A stretch of DNA of 64,000 nt from Epithemia pelagica. Taxonomy: Eukaryota > Protista > Bacillariophyta. The DNA lies in NCBI GenBank assembly GCA_946965045.2, contig OX337229.1, positions 3,038,001 through 3,102,000 on the forward strand. The letters are read 5' to 3'. Position 1 is the stretch's first letter, and each line of letters starts with the position of its first letter. The notes under the pieces were generated by a model. It was given only the letters and a program-made list of their open reading frames with translations, did no database searches and was not told where the DNA came from. This document shows positions 43,325 through 55,856 of the stretch, piece by piece. Position numbers and translations under genes: made by a program.

Positions 43325-43921
43325 ATGTGGAGATCGCCTCGGACTTCTTCAAATGCTGTCACGCCTGCAACCATTGGATTAGCTGTAGGTGGAGCTGCGA
43401 CTGCAGTTGCCGTTTATTTCTTTGTGGAGTTGGTTCATGAGCATGGGTTCGAAGGCGCCTTGTACTACATCTGGGAAGGAGATCCCTATCCACCACATAT
43501 CCGGTCCTATATGCACGAATTAGATGAGTCATCCACCAAACTGGGTCAACAGCGAGACATGATCGATGCACTACAAAGTGCCTTGGACCGTGCACGATCC
43601 TTCACTTTTCAATCGGCCAACCAGCATGTTCCCACATTGACGGAGGCATGGACAAAATGTTTTAAACATGAGTTGGCCACAAAAGGCGTCAGTGCATCAG
43701 GAATAAATCTCAATACTATTGATCTGAAAAAGGTACTGGGTGGAATATCGTACATCTTGGACCAAATAGCTGCCTCGATTGACTCCATTCCTGCCTCTGT
43801 CGATCCAATCGTCAAGCAACGAAAGAAGGACCTGTCAACACAAATTGTGGCACTCATGGAGAGAGCCGATACCTTGATTTCAACTTACAAGAATGAGACG
43901 TCAGAGCAAAACAACACATGA
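43325..43921 (+). CDS. Membrane-anchored BAG-domain-like protein
   Basis: N-terminal TM (IGLAVGGAATAVAVYFFV). C-terminal LDQIAASIDSI...VKQRKKDLSTQIVALMERAD matches the BAG helix 2-3 pattern. Confidence 0.65.
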   Translation: MWRSPRTSSNAVTPATIGLAVGGAATAVAVYFFVELVHEHGFEGALYYIWEGDPYPPHIRSYMHELDESSTKLGQQRDMIDALQSALDRARSFTFQSANQHVPTLTEAWTKCFKHELATKGVSASGINLNTIDLKKVLGGISYILDQIAASIDSIPASVDPIVKQRKKDLSTQIVALMERADTLISTYKNETSEQNNT

Positions 43922-44295
43922 GATCTCAGAATGAAAGTTTCAGTGGAACACCTTTCTTTGATGTCTCGACTTGATATGGAAAGAAAGATAAAACTTTGCG
44001 GCTCATTGAATGAATCTTTCCAACAGGTACAAGATTTGAACGGTTATTTCTTCAGAATAGTCGCTGTGTCCTAAAGGCGTATCATGGTATGCTCTCGTCG
44101 TAATACGGCTTGGTGGATATTGAGATTCCATGGATGGGTTACAAGTGGTAAACATCCGCTCGTTCTTGCAGTCGATTTTCTGTTAAACAGAGGACGGCCA
44201 TGGGCGAGTAGTTCAGAAACTAGATTGGAACTGACAAGATGTCACTTTTTCTCGACTATCTAGAACAACTAGTTTTCTATGGCGATCTTAACAAA

Positions 44296-45956
44296 TTACT
44301 CTCCAAACCATACACGGGTGGATTTATCAAAAGCGGTAGTGACCAGCATGTTCATGGAATGGCCTGTGCATAAATCTCGAATAGGTGACGTGTGTCCGGG
44401 TGGTGCCGTGCTGGTGGTCATGGGGTCGTTTGACGAGTCTTCGTTGGGCTCTTGTCGAGGAAGTCGTTGGACCAATTGTTCCGAGGCAATGTCCCAAACA
44501 CAAACGGCAGCTTCATCTTGTGTATTTCCGAGAAGGTACTGTCCATTCAACGCCCAAGCCACTTTTGGTTGTGAAAATCCATCATTGGCGTGTCCATACA
44601 AATTTCGAATAATGCGACATGAGATGGACCGTTGGTTGTTGGGGTCACGAGATGAAGACCATGACAGTTCCATGATCAAATTGCGTGACGTATCCGTGGC
44701 CGCAGCCAGATACTTGCCATTGGGGGAGGGACGCAAATCCAAAATTGCAAACGAGACGTGATCCGACGCAAAACCTCTACTTGTGGCCGACGTGGCCGAC
44801 GACTTTTGTGGTTGTTGATTGAGATTGATTTTCGTTTGTTTCATATCATTGGTCAAATCAAAGAACGTTAAATGCGGTGTATCACGAACGTAGCAAATCA
44901 GCAAGTCCTCGCAGAAACACATGGCTTCGACGGGTCCGGACAAGTGGAAACTCTCCACAATTGTTGCTTGCAACGTCATTGGGTTGTCGTCATTCATGTC
45001 GTCCATCATCATATTGTGTTCGGTCTTTTCGACCTTGTACAAATAAATGCATGCATCGGCTGAACAAGTGGCAAACATGGGCTCCTTGTTGGACCAGGCA
45101 ATGGCCCTCACGTATTTCACATGCTTTTTCGGCAAGGGAACGCGAGTGGTTAAAAGAGACGGTTGGCCATGGTTGGATTCGTAATGGATCAACGCAACCG
45201 ACCCATCCATACAACCCACGGCCAAGACATTCCGCAGTGTAGTTGAAAAGGCCACGGCAATGACAGGTGCCAGACATGAAACGGAAGCGGCACGTTCCAC
45301 GGTCGTCTGGGCCAGTTCGTCCTTGTTTTGACTAGACGAGGAAGCTTGTGCAGCACCCCATGGCACTAGTCGAAGTATACCATCAGCACCACCCGACGCC
45401 AAAACCACATCATCCGGAGACAGGGCACATGTCAAATTGTTGGATGGACCATGCAACTGCATCAAGGTAATATCATTGGTTTTGGGATAATCGTCATTGC
45501 CCGATCGCACAAAGGCATCCTCTGACATGGACTCGAGTGGCTGTTGCTGTTGTTGGGATTCGTCACCCAATGCCATTTTCGAAAAATTGGGCAAGGCCAT
45601 TTCGTTTCGATAGAGTTCCACTTCGGCCTTGAGGGTTTTATTCTCGACCAAAAGTCGTTTAACTTGTGCTGAAAGATCCTTGACCTTTTGCTGCAAAACG
45701 ACATTCTCCGAACGAACTTGGAAACGATAAAATGTAGAAAACGGAGATGATAGCAACAACATGTTGATCAGATGAGAAAAGACAAGCGTGTCCAGCAAAC
45801 AATCGGTAAATTGGTTGGTGCATGTCGTATGTTTGCTGCTTAGGCAAAGTCAGGATGAAGACTTGATCCTTACATCAGACTGGCGGTTGTACTTCTACCT
45901 AATTACTCACCTGAAGTCAACTGATCTTCCAACCCGAGATCACCCAACAGATCCAT
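44296..45956 (-). CDS. WD40-repeat protein with N-terminal coiled coil, 2 exons
   Basis: Exon 1 MDLLGDLGLEDQLTS; a GTGAGT..CCAAG intron joins it in phase to VRSENVVLQQK. Multiple WD repeats (LASGGADG.LRL, GH..PIRDL, TTAFDKSTRVW). Confidence 0.85.
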
Positions 45957-46318
45957 GGTGCAAGAATGTTATTGTATCGTTTGACTGTGTTGATTGTTGA
46001 TACAATGACGAGAGGAATGAAGAGGAAATGCGAAATGCGATCAATCGCGACTCCTACACTTCAGGATTCAGGATCGGCTTTTCGAGAAAATTTGCTGGGA
46101 TGTCCCTAACCGGCATGCTCGACGTTGGGGGAAACACGATTGATAAAAAACAGTCTCTCGTACTCGTAGTTGTAGTGTACTCGTACAGAAAACTCAATAT
46201 GTGCGCCGGCTCGATGGACAGCGCAAGAATGAAACCACGACGGTCATCATCCTCTCACTTGAAACAGATTCTTTGGCCAAACCTACCTGAACAACACAGC
46301 TTTTGAGAAAAACGAGTG

Positions 46319-47989
46319 ATGACGGCAATGGCGCAGTCTTCTTCACTTGCCGCAAAGTGGGAGAAGGATCATATGACAAAGATGAAGCGACAGGAGCCGA
46401 CTGCGACTGTCACGCCGACGCGGGGCAAGGTGCCCAAAATGGTCAAATCCCTACAATCCGGTTCCTTCATGGCCTCGAACCACGTAGTTCAAGTGTTGAA
46501 AGATTGTGAGGCGTTCATTCATGACAATCCAGATCTGCAATGGGAACTGGGACAAACCGAAGACGGCGTTCCAGCCTTGATCAAAATAATGAATCGCTTT
46601 GAAGATGACGTGTCTGTGCAAGAATGGGCCTGCGCCATTGTCCGTGATTTGTGTGCCGTTCACGACGATAATCGAGTATGGGTGGCTACACAGGGTGGCC
46701 TACAGGCCGTGTTGGTGGCCTTGCTGAAGTATGAAAAGGCCATGACGGTTCAAGTTACGGCGCTTCATGCCTTGGCCAACCTCTCCATGAATGAAACCAC
46801 CAAGTTGCTCGTACCCGAATTCAACGGGATGGAAGTCCTCAAAACATGTATGGATGCTTACAAAGACAATCTGGCCATCCAAATACAAGCTTGTCGTGTT
46901 GTCTCCGCACTGGCGCAAGTTCCAGCCAATGCTCGAGCACTCGCGTCTTTGGGATTGATGCAGTCCGTCATTCAGACGATGCAACAGAGCCACTACAAAC
47001 ATCAAGAAGAACAGCATAGAGAAGAGAACAGTGAAACAGTGGAGAAATCACAAGATCCTGCCAAGAAAAAGAATGAACCAAACAGTGATATCAACGAAAA
47101 TTCTAAGACAGACGACGAAACCTTGCAGTATCATGCCTGTGCCGCCGTTTGGGCATTGACTGGAGAAAGTGATTGGAACCGTACCCAAATGGAACCCATT
47201 CTTCCCTATATCCTAGTGGCCATGAAGAATTACGTATCCAATGCTTCCTTACAAGCGATTGCTTGTGGTGCCTTGTGGAATTTGACGACACATAATCTGG
47301 ACAATGCGCAAGAAATTGTGGGATACGACTATGAACAAGGGATTCGTATCATAGTCCATGCCTTGAAATCACATCCCGATGATCCCAATGTCCAAGAGGC
47401 AGCCTGCGCTGTGATTAAGAATTTGAGCATGACAGTGGACAATGCCAACGTGGTGGGCCATGCCGGAGCAATTGTTCCCGTGCTCAATGCCATGCGACAA
47501 CATGAATCGAATCAGGCCGTCCAAGATGAAGCCTGTAGTGCCTTGTGCAATTTGGCCATGGTTGATGATCACAAAGCGCCCATTTTGAATGCAGGTGGTA
47601 TAGGGATGATTGTCTTTGCCATGAGGCAAGCTCTGGAAACGAAAAATGACGATAGGGGGAGTAACAAGAGTCGGGAGGAAGTACACAAACATGCCTGCCA
47701 AGCATTGCATTCGCTAGCCTTGCACAATGAACAAAACAAAGTTTCCATTGCTGCCTCGGGTGGAATTGCAACCATTTTGTTGGCCATGGAAGAGTATCCG
47801 GAAAATACGGCCTTGCAAGTTGCGGCAGTCAACGCCTTGCTGACCTTGACAGAAGTTCATCGCAATCGCTCCATTGTCCTCAGTCATGGAGGCGTGCCGA
47901 TTGTGGAAGCAGCGCTCAACAACCATCCCTACGATACTTATTTTGAAGAACGGGTTCTCAAGCTGTTGAAAATCTTGTCAGAAACTTAG
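46319..47989 (+). CDS. Armadillo-repeat protein
   Basis: Repeated ~42-aa units (VQE.AC.ALxNL, GG...I..AM..H). Confidence 0.88.
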   Translation: MTAMAQSSSLAAKWEKDHMTKMKRQEPTATVTPTRGKVPKMVKSLQSGSFMASNHVVQVLKDCEAFIHDNPDLQWELGQTEDGVPALIKIMNRFEDDVSVQEWACAIVRDLCAVHDDNRVWVATQGGLQAVLVALLKYEKAMTVQVTALHALANLSMNETTKLLVPEFNGMEVLKTCMDAYKDNLAIQIQACRVVSALAQVPANARALASLGLMQSVIQTMQQSHYKHQEEQHREENSETVEKSQDPAKKKNEPNSDINENSKTDDETLQYHACAAVWALTGESDWNRTQMEPILPYILVAMKNYVSNASLQAIACGALWNLTTHNLDNAQEIVGYDYEQGIRIIVHALKSHPDDPNVQEAACAVIKNLSMTVDNANVVGHAGAIVPVLNAMRQHESNQAVQDEACSALCNLAMVDDHKAPILNAGGIGMIVFAMRQALETKNDDRGSNKSREEVHKHACQALHSLALHNEQNKVSIAASGGIATILLAMEEYPENTALQVAAVNALLTLTEVHRNRSIVLSHGGVPIVEAALNNHPYDTYFEERVLKLLKILSET

Positions 47990-48568
47990 TAAACACGGCA
48001 GCTTTTGGCTGTCAACACACTATGGGGGAAGGGAAACCAAAACGGGCCTTGGTTTGGACAACCGAAGACGTAACCTTATAACAATGAGAACGTTCTCTCT
48101 AGGGAGTTCATGGCGACCTTTGGACCAGCTATGAACGAATAACTGTACGCGCTATCTAGTCCCATATTTCTTCGTCGTGGACTCACAAAGTAAACTACGC
48201 ACTATCTACCGACCATCCACCATAGGTGGGTTTGACACAAAAGTATCGCAGTAGAGAAAAATACATTTAATTGAATGGCATGACATCTACTCCTAGGAGT
48301 AGATCAATGCATTTGCTCTTCGGACATGTTAGGCATGATAGTTTCGAGGTGAAATTGGGCGATCGAATACCGGATAGGGCAATGATCCTGGAAACGCAGG
48401 GTGACATGCACGGGCGCTATATTCGCGCGTGCCCCAGTCCCACAATCGAACGGGAAGGAATCGCCTCTCAGAATAACCGTGTGTTGCTCGTCCACGCTCT
48501 TGCTCGATCATTGACAGAAAGACAAGACAGCAAAAGCATTCACACCGATTAGAGAGCATAGAAACAAA

Positions 48569-50062
48569 ATGACAATCCCAGTGGTCCAAGGTGTCCCTGT
48601 CGAGTCCGCGTCTGCTGGAGGGGGAAGCAGTTATCAAAGGCCTGATCCGCCCCAGGCTCCAATTTACGGTACATCGAGCGCGACCGCTCCCTACGGAGAC
48701 GATTCGTCTCCGTCGGCCGGGCTTTTGGGTGAAGGTCACATTTACTCTCATCAAGAGCTGAAAGATCTTCGTCAAAATCCTTCCAAAAAGTTTCAAGATG
48801 TGTTTTGGGCCCTCCTGTTTTGGGTTCATTTGGTGGTTGTGGTTGGCGTATGTGTCATGATGTTTACCTCTGGAAATGCTGCTCAGGTGGATGGTTCGAT
48901 TTCAATTGGAGATGTATTGTTTGTCACTGGCGTCTGCGGCTTTGTGGCAGTTGGTCTTTGTACTTTGACGCTGAATTTTATGATGAACAATGCTGAACAG
49001 CTTGTTCAAGCAGCCTTGGTGTTCTCTGTTTTGACCTCCTTGGCCATGGGTGTCCTTGGACTAGCCACCGGAAATATCATTTTGGCCATTGTCGGCTTTC
49101 TTGGATTTGCTGCTGGATCCTGCTATGCTTACTTTGTCTGGGGCCGTATTCCATTTGCGGCCGTAAATTTGAAGACAGCGCTTTCGAGTGTTAAGAAGAA
49201 TCTTGGTTTGGTTCTGGTTGCCTACATCTTTATTGCGCTCGCCTTTGGGTGGAGTATTTTGTGGATTCTTGGTCTTGGAAATGCCCTTTCTGGAAGCTCT
49301 CTCGCAGTTGCCTTCTTATTGTTCTTGTCCTATTATTGGACTCACCAAGTGCTTCAAAATACCATGCACGTGACGACAGCTGGTGTGGTTGGAACCTGGT
49401 GGTTTGCTCCAATGGAAGCGGATCGTTTCTGGGCTCCCGCTCTCTCTGATTCTCTGACTCGTGCTACCACCTATTCGTTTGGATCGATCTGTTTTGGGTC
49501 CTTCTTGGTGGCAATTGTACAAGCGCTGCGAGCTCTGGAACACTTTGCCCGCAACAACGACGATATGGCGATCGTGTCTTGTATTATCCAGTGCATCTTG
49601 GCCTGCATTCAAGGCATCATCGAGTTTTTGAACCGATGGGCGTACATCTACGTTGGTCTCTATGGATTTAACTACATTGAGGCTGGACGCAATGTCATGA
49701 CGTTGTTCCAAAACAAAGGTTTTACGGTTATTATTTCCGATGATCTTGCCAGCAACGTTTTGTTCATGATGGCGGCCGGCATTGGTTTGGCCACTGGTAT
49801 TGTTGGATTGTTACTAGGCTATTCCGATGGCAACCTTTTCTCCGGCATGGGATTCCAAGATGGTGGATTACCTGGATTTGTGGTAGGATTCTTGATTGGG
49901 TACCTCTTCTCTGCCATATTTATGGGTGTGGTAGATTCTGCCATTACCACGGTCATTGTTTGCTATGCGGAGGCACCCGCGGAGTTCCAGATGAATCACC
50001 CTGAATTGGCCACAGAGATGCGGACGGCATGGATGCGGGCCTATCCCGAAGTGATTCAGTAA
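48569..50062 (+). CDS. Choline transporter-like (CTL/SLC44, PNS1) membrane protein
   Basis: FQDVFWALLF, VTTAGVVGTWWF, TYSFGSICFGS, FLNRWAYIYVGLYG.NYIEAG and DS..TT..VCYAE motifs. Confidence 0.9.
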   Translation: MTIPVVQGVPVESASAGGGSSYQRPDPPQAPIYGTSSATAPYGDDSSPSAGLLGEGHIYSHQELKDLRQNPSKKFQDVFWALLFWVHLVVVVGVCVMMFTSGNAAQVDGSISIGDVLFVTGVCGFVAVGLCTLTLNFMMNNAEQLVQAALVFSVLTSLAMGVLGLATGNIILAIVGFLGFAAGSCYAYFVWGRIPFAAVNLKTALSSVKKNLGLVLVAYIFIALAFGWSILWILGLGNALSGSSLAVAFLLFLSYYWTHQVLQNTMHVTTAGVVGTWWFAPMEADRFWAPALSDSLTRATTYSFGSICFGSFLVAIVQALRALEHFARNNDDMAIVSCIIQCILACIQGIIEFLNRWAYIYVGLYGFNYIEAGRNVMTLFQNKGFTVIISDDLASNVLFMMAAGIGLATGIVGLLLGYSDGNLFSGMGFQDGGLPGFVVGFLIGYLFSAIFMGVVDSAITTVIVCYAEAPAEFQMNHPELATEMRTAWMRAYPEVIQ

Positions 50063-50504
50063 ATCACGATATTACTATGAAGACCTTTGATTGACATTGT
50101 TGTCCATGTCTGTGTCAAACTTTGAGCTCTCAGCACTTGTGATCGTAAGGGTTCCTTCTAGTATATATTATTGATGATCCCTTAATAATCTTTTGTTTTA
50201 TGTTGTTCTTTGGTTTGACTTGACACCGATACCGAGTTCACGTCCTGTTCTCTTAAGGGAGTAGAAAATAATACTCCTAGAGGAGTGTACTCCTAACCTC
50301 TACGAGTAGCTACCTATGCTATGTCCCCACAAGACAATAGCCCTCATTAATATGACGTCATGGCTGTCCTTTTCCGTCCACAATGACGTGGGATTGATTG
50401 CTCTCCTTTCTTGAGACGCAGAGAACAGAGAACGCCATATCCTTCGTCCATCAAAGAATCGACAAGGACCCTGCCCGTAAGCAAAGCAGGCAACGACAAC
50501 AACC

Positions 50505-51962
50505 ATGCTATCCAGTGGAAAAAGACTTGTAGCATCAACCGTTCCCCGAGCTGTCCGGTTAGCATGTCGGGCGATGAGTTCCTCGACGGCCGCCGCCTCA
50601 GAAGATCCTCAGGCACTGAGCTCGTTCTCGACCGACAAGATGGAACGAGATTCACGATACAAGGGGAGCCTTGAGGTTCCCGAATCACTCTTCCAACCGT
50701 TTGACTCGGAATACAGCATTCGAGGAAAGTTTCGTGAAGGCCGGGCTGCTTATCTGGATATGTCTGCCACCACTCCCATGGATCCACGTGTCTTGGACGC
50801 CATGGCGCCCTACATGATTGGGTCGTACGGAAATCCACATTCACGAACACATCAATATGGGTGGGAATCCGAAACCGTTTCGGAGATTGCTAGGCAGCAG
50901 GTCGCTGACCTGATCAAGGCGGACAGCAAAGAAATCATTTTCACAAGTGGAGCGACCGAATCCAACAATCTTGCCATTAAGGGTGCAGCTCATTTTTATT
51001 CCAAACGAGGGAAACACATTCTTACTACGCAAACAGAGCACAAATGTGTCCTTGATTCTTGTCGTTTCTTAGAACAAGAGGGCTTTGAAGTTACATATCT
51101 TCCAGTGGCTCATGGGACAGGGCGCGTCGACATGGATCAATTGAAAGAGGCCATTCGGGAGGACACGGTCCTGATATCCGTCATGGCAGTGAACAATGAA
51201 ATTGGAACTTTACAGCCTATCAAAGAGATTGGTGAACTCTGTCGGTCGAAGAAAATAATTTTTCATTGCGATGCTGCTCAAATGCTTGGAAAGATGCCGA
51301 TTGATGTCGACGACATGAAGATTGATCTCATGTCCATGTCGTCCCATAAGGTCTATGGTCCCAAAGGAATTGGTGCACTTTACGTTCGTCGACGACCTCG
51401 CGTACGTCTCGAACCCATCTTCTCGGGTGGCGGACAAGAGCGTGGCTTGCGAAGTGGTACTCTTCCTCATAGTCTTTGTGTTGGATTTGGAACCGCATGT
51501 GAGTTGGCGCGTACGGAGATGGTGTACGATCATGAATGGATCCACTACCTCTCGGAGAAACTTCAAAAAGGCATTGAAGACAACATCCCGGAAGTGACAA
51601 GAAATGGTGACCCAGAACACAATTACGAGGGATGCCTCAATTATTCGTTTGCTTACGTGGAAGGCGAATCGCTGTTAATGTCCTTAAAGAACATTGCTGT
51701 TTCGTCTGGATCGGCGTGTACATCGGCCTCCCTGGAGCCATCGTATGTCTTGCGTGCTTTGGGCGTGGACGATGAACTGGCTCACAGTAGTCTCCGCTTT
51801 GGTATCGGCCGCTTTACAACGGAAGCAGAAGTGGACTTTGTCCTAGAGTTACTGAAGAAGCATGTCACACGGTTGCGCGAAATGTCCCCCCTCTGGGAGA
51901 TGGTTCAAGAAGGCATTGACCTGAAGACAATTCAGTGGACACAAGATGCTCATCATCATTAG
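50505..51962 (+). CDS. NFS1: Mitochondrial cysteine desulfurase
   Basis: [34 protein letters not shown] (PLP lysine) and [21 protein letters not shown]; mitochondrial-type presequence. Confidence 0.97.
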   Translation: MLSSGKRLVASTVPRAVRLACRAMSSSTAAASEDPQALSSFSTDKMERDSRYKGSLEVPESLFQPFDSEYSIRGKFREGRAAYLDMSATTPMDPRVLDAMAPYMIGSYGNPHSRTHQYGWESETVSEIARQQVADLIKADSKEIIFTSGATESNNLAIKGAAHFYSKRGKHILTTQTEHKCVLDSCRFLEQEGFEVTYLPVAHGTGRVDMDQLKEAIREDTVLISVMAVNNEIGTLQPIKEIGELCRSKKIIFHCDAAQMLGKMPIDVDDMKIDLMSMSSHKVYGPKGIGALYVRRRPRVRLEPIFSGGGQERGLRSGTLPHSLCVGFGTACELARTEMVYDHEWIHYLSEKLQKGIEDNIPEVTRNGDPEHNYEGCLNYSFAYVEGESLLMSLKNIAVSSGSACTSASLEPSYVLRALGVDDELAHSSLRFGIGRFTTEAEVDFVLELLKKHVTRLREMSPLWEMVQEGIDLKTIQWTQDAHHH

Positions 51963-52062
51963 AAATTTGTGAATAGCATGCAACTTTCGTAGCAATGAAC
52001 ATACCTAGACTATCTAATGATTGAACGGTAGTCGAATCTATCTAAAGGAAATCTTAGTAGAC

Positions 52063-53450
52063 TTATACGATACCTCCACCGTAGCCACGATCATAGGCAT
52101 ACATATCGGGGTAGTCTCGTACACTTCCAGGACGAGGCTTGACCAACGAAGGTCCTTCTCGCTTCAGGTCGGCCACTGTGGGCGTTCCCAAAAGACCCAT
52201 GGCACGGTCAAGTTCAACCTTCAGAATGTCGTACGCCTTGATGACACCGTCGGAGCCTCCAGCAGCAAGTCCCCACAAGTAGGGCTTGCCTACACCTACC
52301 GAGTCAGCACCCAAAGCAAGTGCCTTGGCAATATCAGTTCCACGTTGTACACCACCATCAAGAATGATCTCAACATCCGGACCCACAGCTTCACGAATTG
52401 AGGGAAGGACGGAGATGGTGGCAGGGGATGTATCAAGCTGTCGGGCACCGTGGTTCGAAACCCATATCGTCGAAAAACCGATCTCGACGGCACGTTTCGC
52501 GTCGTCCGGTCGGATGACACCCTTTGGTGCTGCTGGACCATTCCATTCTCCCAACAACCATTCAGCATCGGACCAACTGAATTCAGGAGCAATCTGGCTG
52601 TTCACAAAGGCAGCCAACGAGTCGGCGGGCACATCAGTGTTGATGCAGGCATATGTGTATGGCTCGTGCGTCAAGAAATCCCATGTCCACGCCGGTTTCT
52701 TGAGAGCTTCAATGGTTTGTTTAATATTGTACTTTGGAGGGATGGAAAAGTCATTACGAATGTCACGTTCACGGTTTCCATACCAGGTAAAGTCTACAGT
52801 CAAGGCCAACGCGTTGAAGCCTCCCTCTTTAGCCTTGGCGATCACATCTTTCACCAACTCACGATCTTTCCAAACGTAGAGCTGGAAGACCTTTGGACCG
52901 TTGTGAAGCTTTGAAATTTCTGTGATACCCGTGGTCGCTAGTGAAGAAAGACCGTACATAGTCCCGTGATGTTCAGCAGCTTTGGCGGCGGCAGCTTCTC
53001 CCTCCCAATGAAACATACGGTTTCCGGCTGTTGGGCAACCAAAGAAGGGAAGATTGACATCCTGGCCAAAGATCTTTGTTGACATATCAAGAGGGGGTTT
53101 AATCCCAGCAAGAATTTTGTAGTGCATTTCAAGTTCAGTGTAGGCATCCTTTCCACGACGAAGACTGATCTCGTCATCACCACCGGCATCAAGATAATCA
53201 AACACCATCTACCGGGAGGAAAGTGGCAACAGAAGACAAGGAGAACCGTAAGATCCAAACCATACGAATGGAATCATGACGCTAATCCGTCAAATCATAC
53301 CTTATGAGCACGCGATTTCGCAATCAACCGCAAATCGGCAATATTGACGGCCTTTTTGACGGCATTCTTGTAGGGAGCGTCCAATATTCCAGCAAGGGGA
53401 ATGTGCTGCAAGACTTTGTGCAGTCCGAGTTTGTGTGGATTGAAGATCAT
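52063..53450 (-). CDS. FMN-dependent alpha-hydroxy acid oxidase/dehydrogenase (glycolate oxidase / L-lactate dehydrogenase family), 2 exons
   Basis: Exon 1 MIFNPHKLG...AVNIADLRLIAKSRAHK (ATG 53450), an intron, then MVFDYLDAG, LTVD, SNHGARQLD, LDGGVQRGTDIAKALALGA. Confidence 0.92.
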
Positions 53451-53959
53451 TGTAGAGGATCACGTCGGCTGATGGACCGATGGAATGGACTGTCAAAGAG
53501 CGGAGTAAATGACAACCTTATATTAGATAATGCCTTGAATAGGCTTTTATCTCCTGAAGATGTAATAATCGAGAAAGTGAGAAAAGATGAAAGATCCGGG
53601 ACAAACGTATGCGCGGAATCTGGAATTTCCAGCGCTCCATCTCTGTTAAGATCATAAACAAGTTTTTTATTACAACGACATACGACGATGAGAAATACAA
53701 ATGTAGGTGACGTGTGAGATGACGTCATATTTTCTTTGGGAAGCGGAAATGAGGTAGGCACCGTAGCTATGCCTCTATTATGCGTATCTTAGGAGTACTA
53801 CCCTGATGCGAGGAGCCTCGAGAGGTAGTTTTTCTCCAACGATCGAAATCCCATGGCCATTGCCGTGTTGGCCTATCGGACCTTGCCCATGGAACGAGAA
53901 ATACGATATTGGACCACTTTCTCTGCCCCTTCCACCACTACTGTCTGTCTATCGTCTGG

Positions 53960-55484
53960 TTACCACTGTTCACCGACACTTGCTCCTCGGCGCTTTCGGC
54001 CCCGACTGCCTCGCAAACTAGGCGTGAAACGGCATGGATCGAATGGACGAAGATCAATCGTGGAACTTTCTCCATCTACAATCAATTCCGACATGGCCAA
54101 GCCGCAAGCGGGTGCCCAAGCAATGCCCCTGTTGTAGGTGAAACACGGCAAACAAACAAACACGGCAAACAAACAAACACAAGACATGAGCAATACCAAG
54201 GCATGACCACACTCTCTCCACAGGTGTCTATATTCTAACGTACCAGCAATTGTGTCCCGCATTGATATAGGCACCATTGTATCCTGGAATGGCTCCCATA
54301 TAGGGCATGGCATCGGGAGGGCAGGGCCTCATGCAGGCCTGGGAACGTTCCAGTTCTCCATCCTGTTGATAGGAGGCCGACATTTCCTGAAAGGAAGACA
54401 TGGCGGCTTTGACTCGTGATTCATTGGCCTTACATTCGACACGGAATGCGCCATCTTTCAAATCCTGTTTTGGAATGTAGTCACTCCCACCAATGCCACA
54501 AATATAAATGGTACCGTCCGGTCGAGGGTACACCTCCACTGATAGCGAAACACACATATAATAATTGCCCGAAAAGAACCACAGAGAGTCAATTCATTGA
54601 TAGCATTTGCACAGGAACGTTTTGCATTGATACTCGCAATTCTTACAGTGAGTTCCAAACCGATTGTTTTCCCCACAAAACAAGGCAGTAGCATCGACGG
54701 ACGAGATAGAGTCTGGCTGTTTCCAAACAATGCTGGTGGACTTGATGCCTTCCATGGGCAACTGCACATTGCTGGCGGGGAACCAATCTTCGGCCGCACA
54801 GGACCATGGACCCGCTGATACGACAACACAATCGGCCTCCAAGGTTTCAATGGTGGAAGATCCCTTCTCGTTGACACGATATTGGACCCCCGTCACTCGA
54901 TTGGCTCCATCCTCCGTTTCGTCGTCCGAAATGCTTTCCACGCCCACACACGTTCCCTTGACAAGTTGAATTCGATCGGCCGAATGATCGAGCATGGCTT
55001 GTACAAATTCTTTGGGAGTGATTTGAGCCGTATCATCCCCGTATCCCATGGGAGAGATGCGTCCCGTCGAACCATCCAACCATGAGGGTAACAATTCCGA
55101 GAAGGAGGAAGTTGTTTGGGAGGAGGCACGGCTTTTGCCATCACGTGATGGTACGACAGACAAGACGGGCAATTTGCGATAACTGGTACATTTCAACTCT
55201 TGGGCCAGTGTTCCATACATATCAAACGCCACATGATGCAAGGATTGAGTCGGCGATCCATCACCCCACGATCGTGCCATGAAACCTCCGCCTTTGCCAC
55301 TGGCGGCTGATGCAGGCTCTTGACTTTCCAAGAGCGTAATTTTGGGTGGTGCGGCACTATCCGCACTACGCTGAGCCAAATGGTAGGCCACAGAAGTTCC
55401 CTGAATGCCACCACCAACGACGACAATGTGAGAAGGGACTTTCGGCACCGCAGACGCCGCTGCGCCTCGAATAGCCGTCGACAT
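53960..55484 (-). CDS. FAD-dependent oxidoreductase, DAO family (TDA3-like), 3 exons
   Basis: VVVGGGIQG (Rossmann), ASGKGGGF, EVYPRPDG, QACMRPC..D..P..G and GHNCW|GIAWAPACG. Pieced from ORFs 54594, 54228 and 53960; the start may lie further upstream. Confidence 0.82.
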
Positions 55485-55856
55485 GGCCACTAATGATACT
55501 GCGAGACGAAAAATCGAGTTGATATCACAAATCCTTGAAGACAGGAAACGGAGACCATGTGCTTGCACCATGGTCAACGTTTCATTCTGGGCCAACAGAC
55601 TGGAAGTTGATCTCAGTGTGTCGTCTGTCGTCAGAAAAAATGAAGGACGTTCTCATTGGGCATGCCAATAATCCGCGACCGATAGACTTTTGTTCGGCCG
55701 CAGATTTTTTTCTGCAGAAGTCTGTTTGGTCGGCATGTCTGTTCCTGTTGATGTTGTGATCCACAACAGAACTTGTGGGTGTTTCGAACGTCGTCTCGAA
55801 CAACCACTCTTCCTACGCGCTTGTTGTTTGTGGATTCATTGTCGTTCACCAACAGG

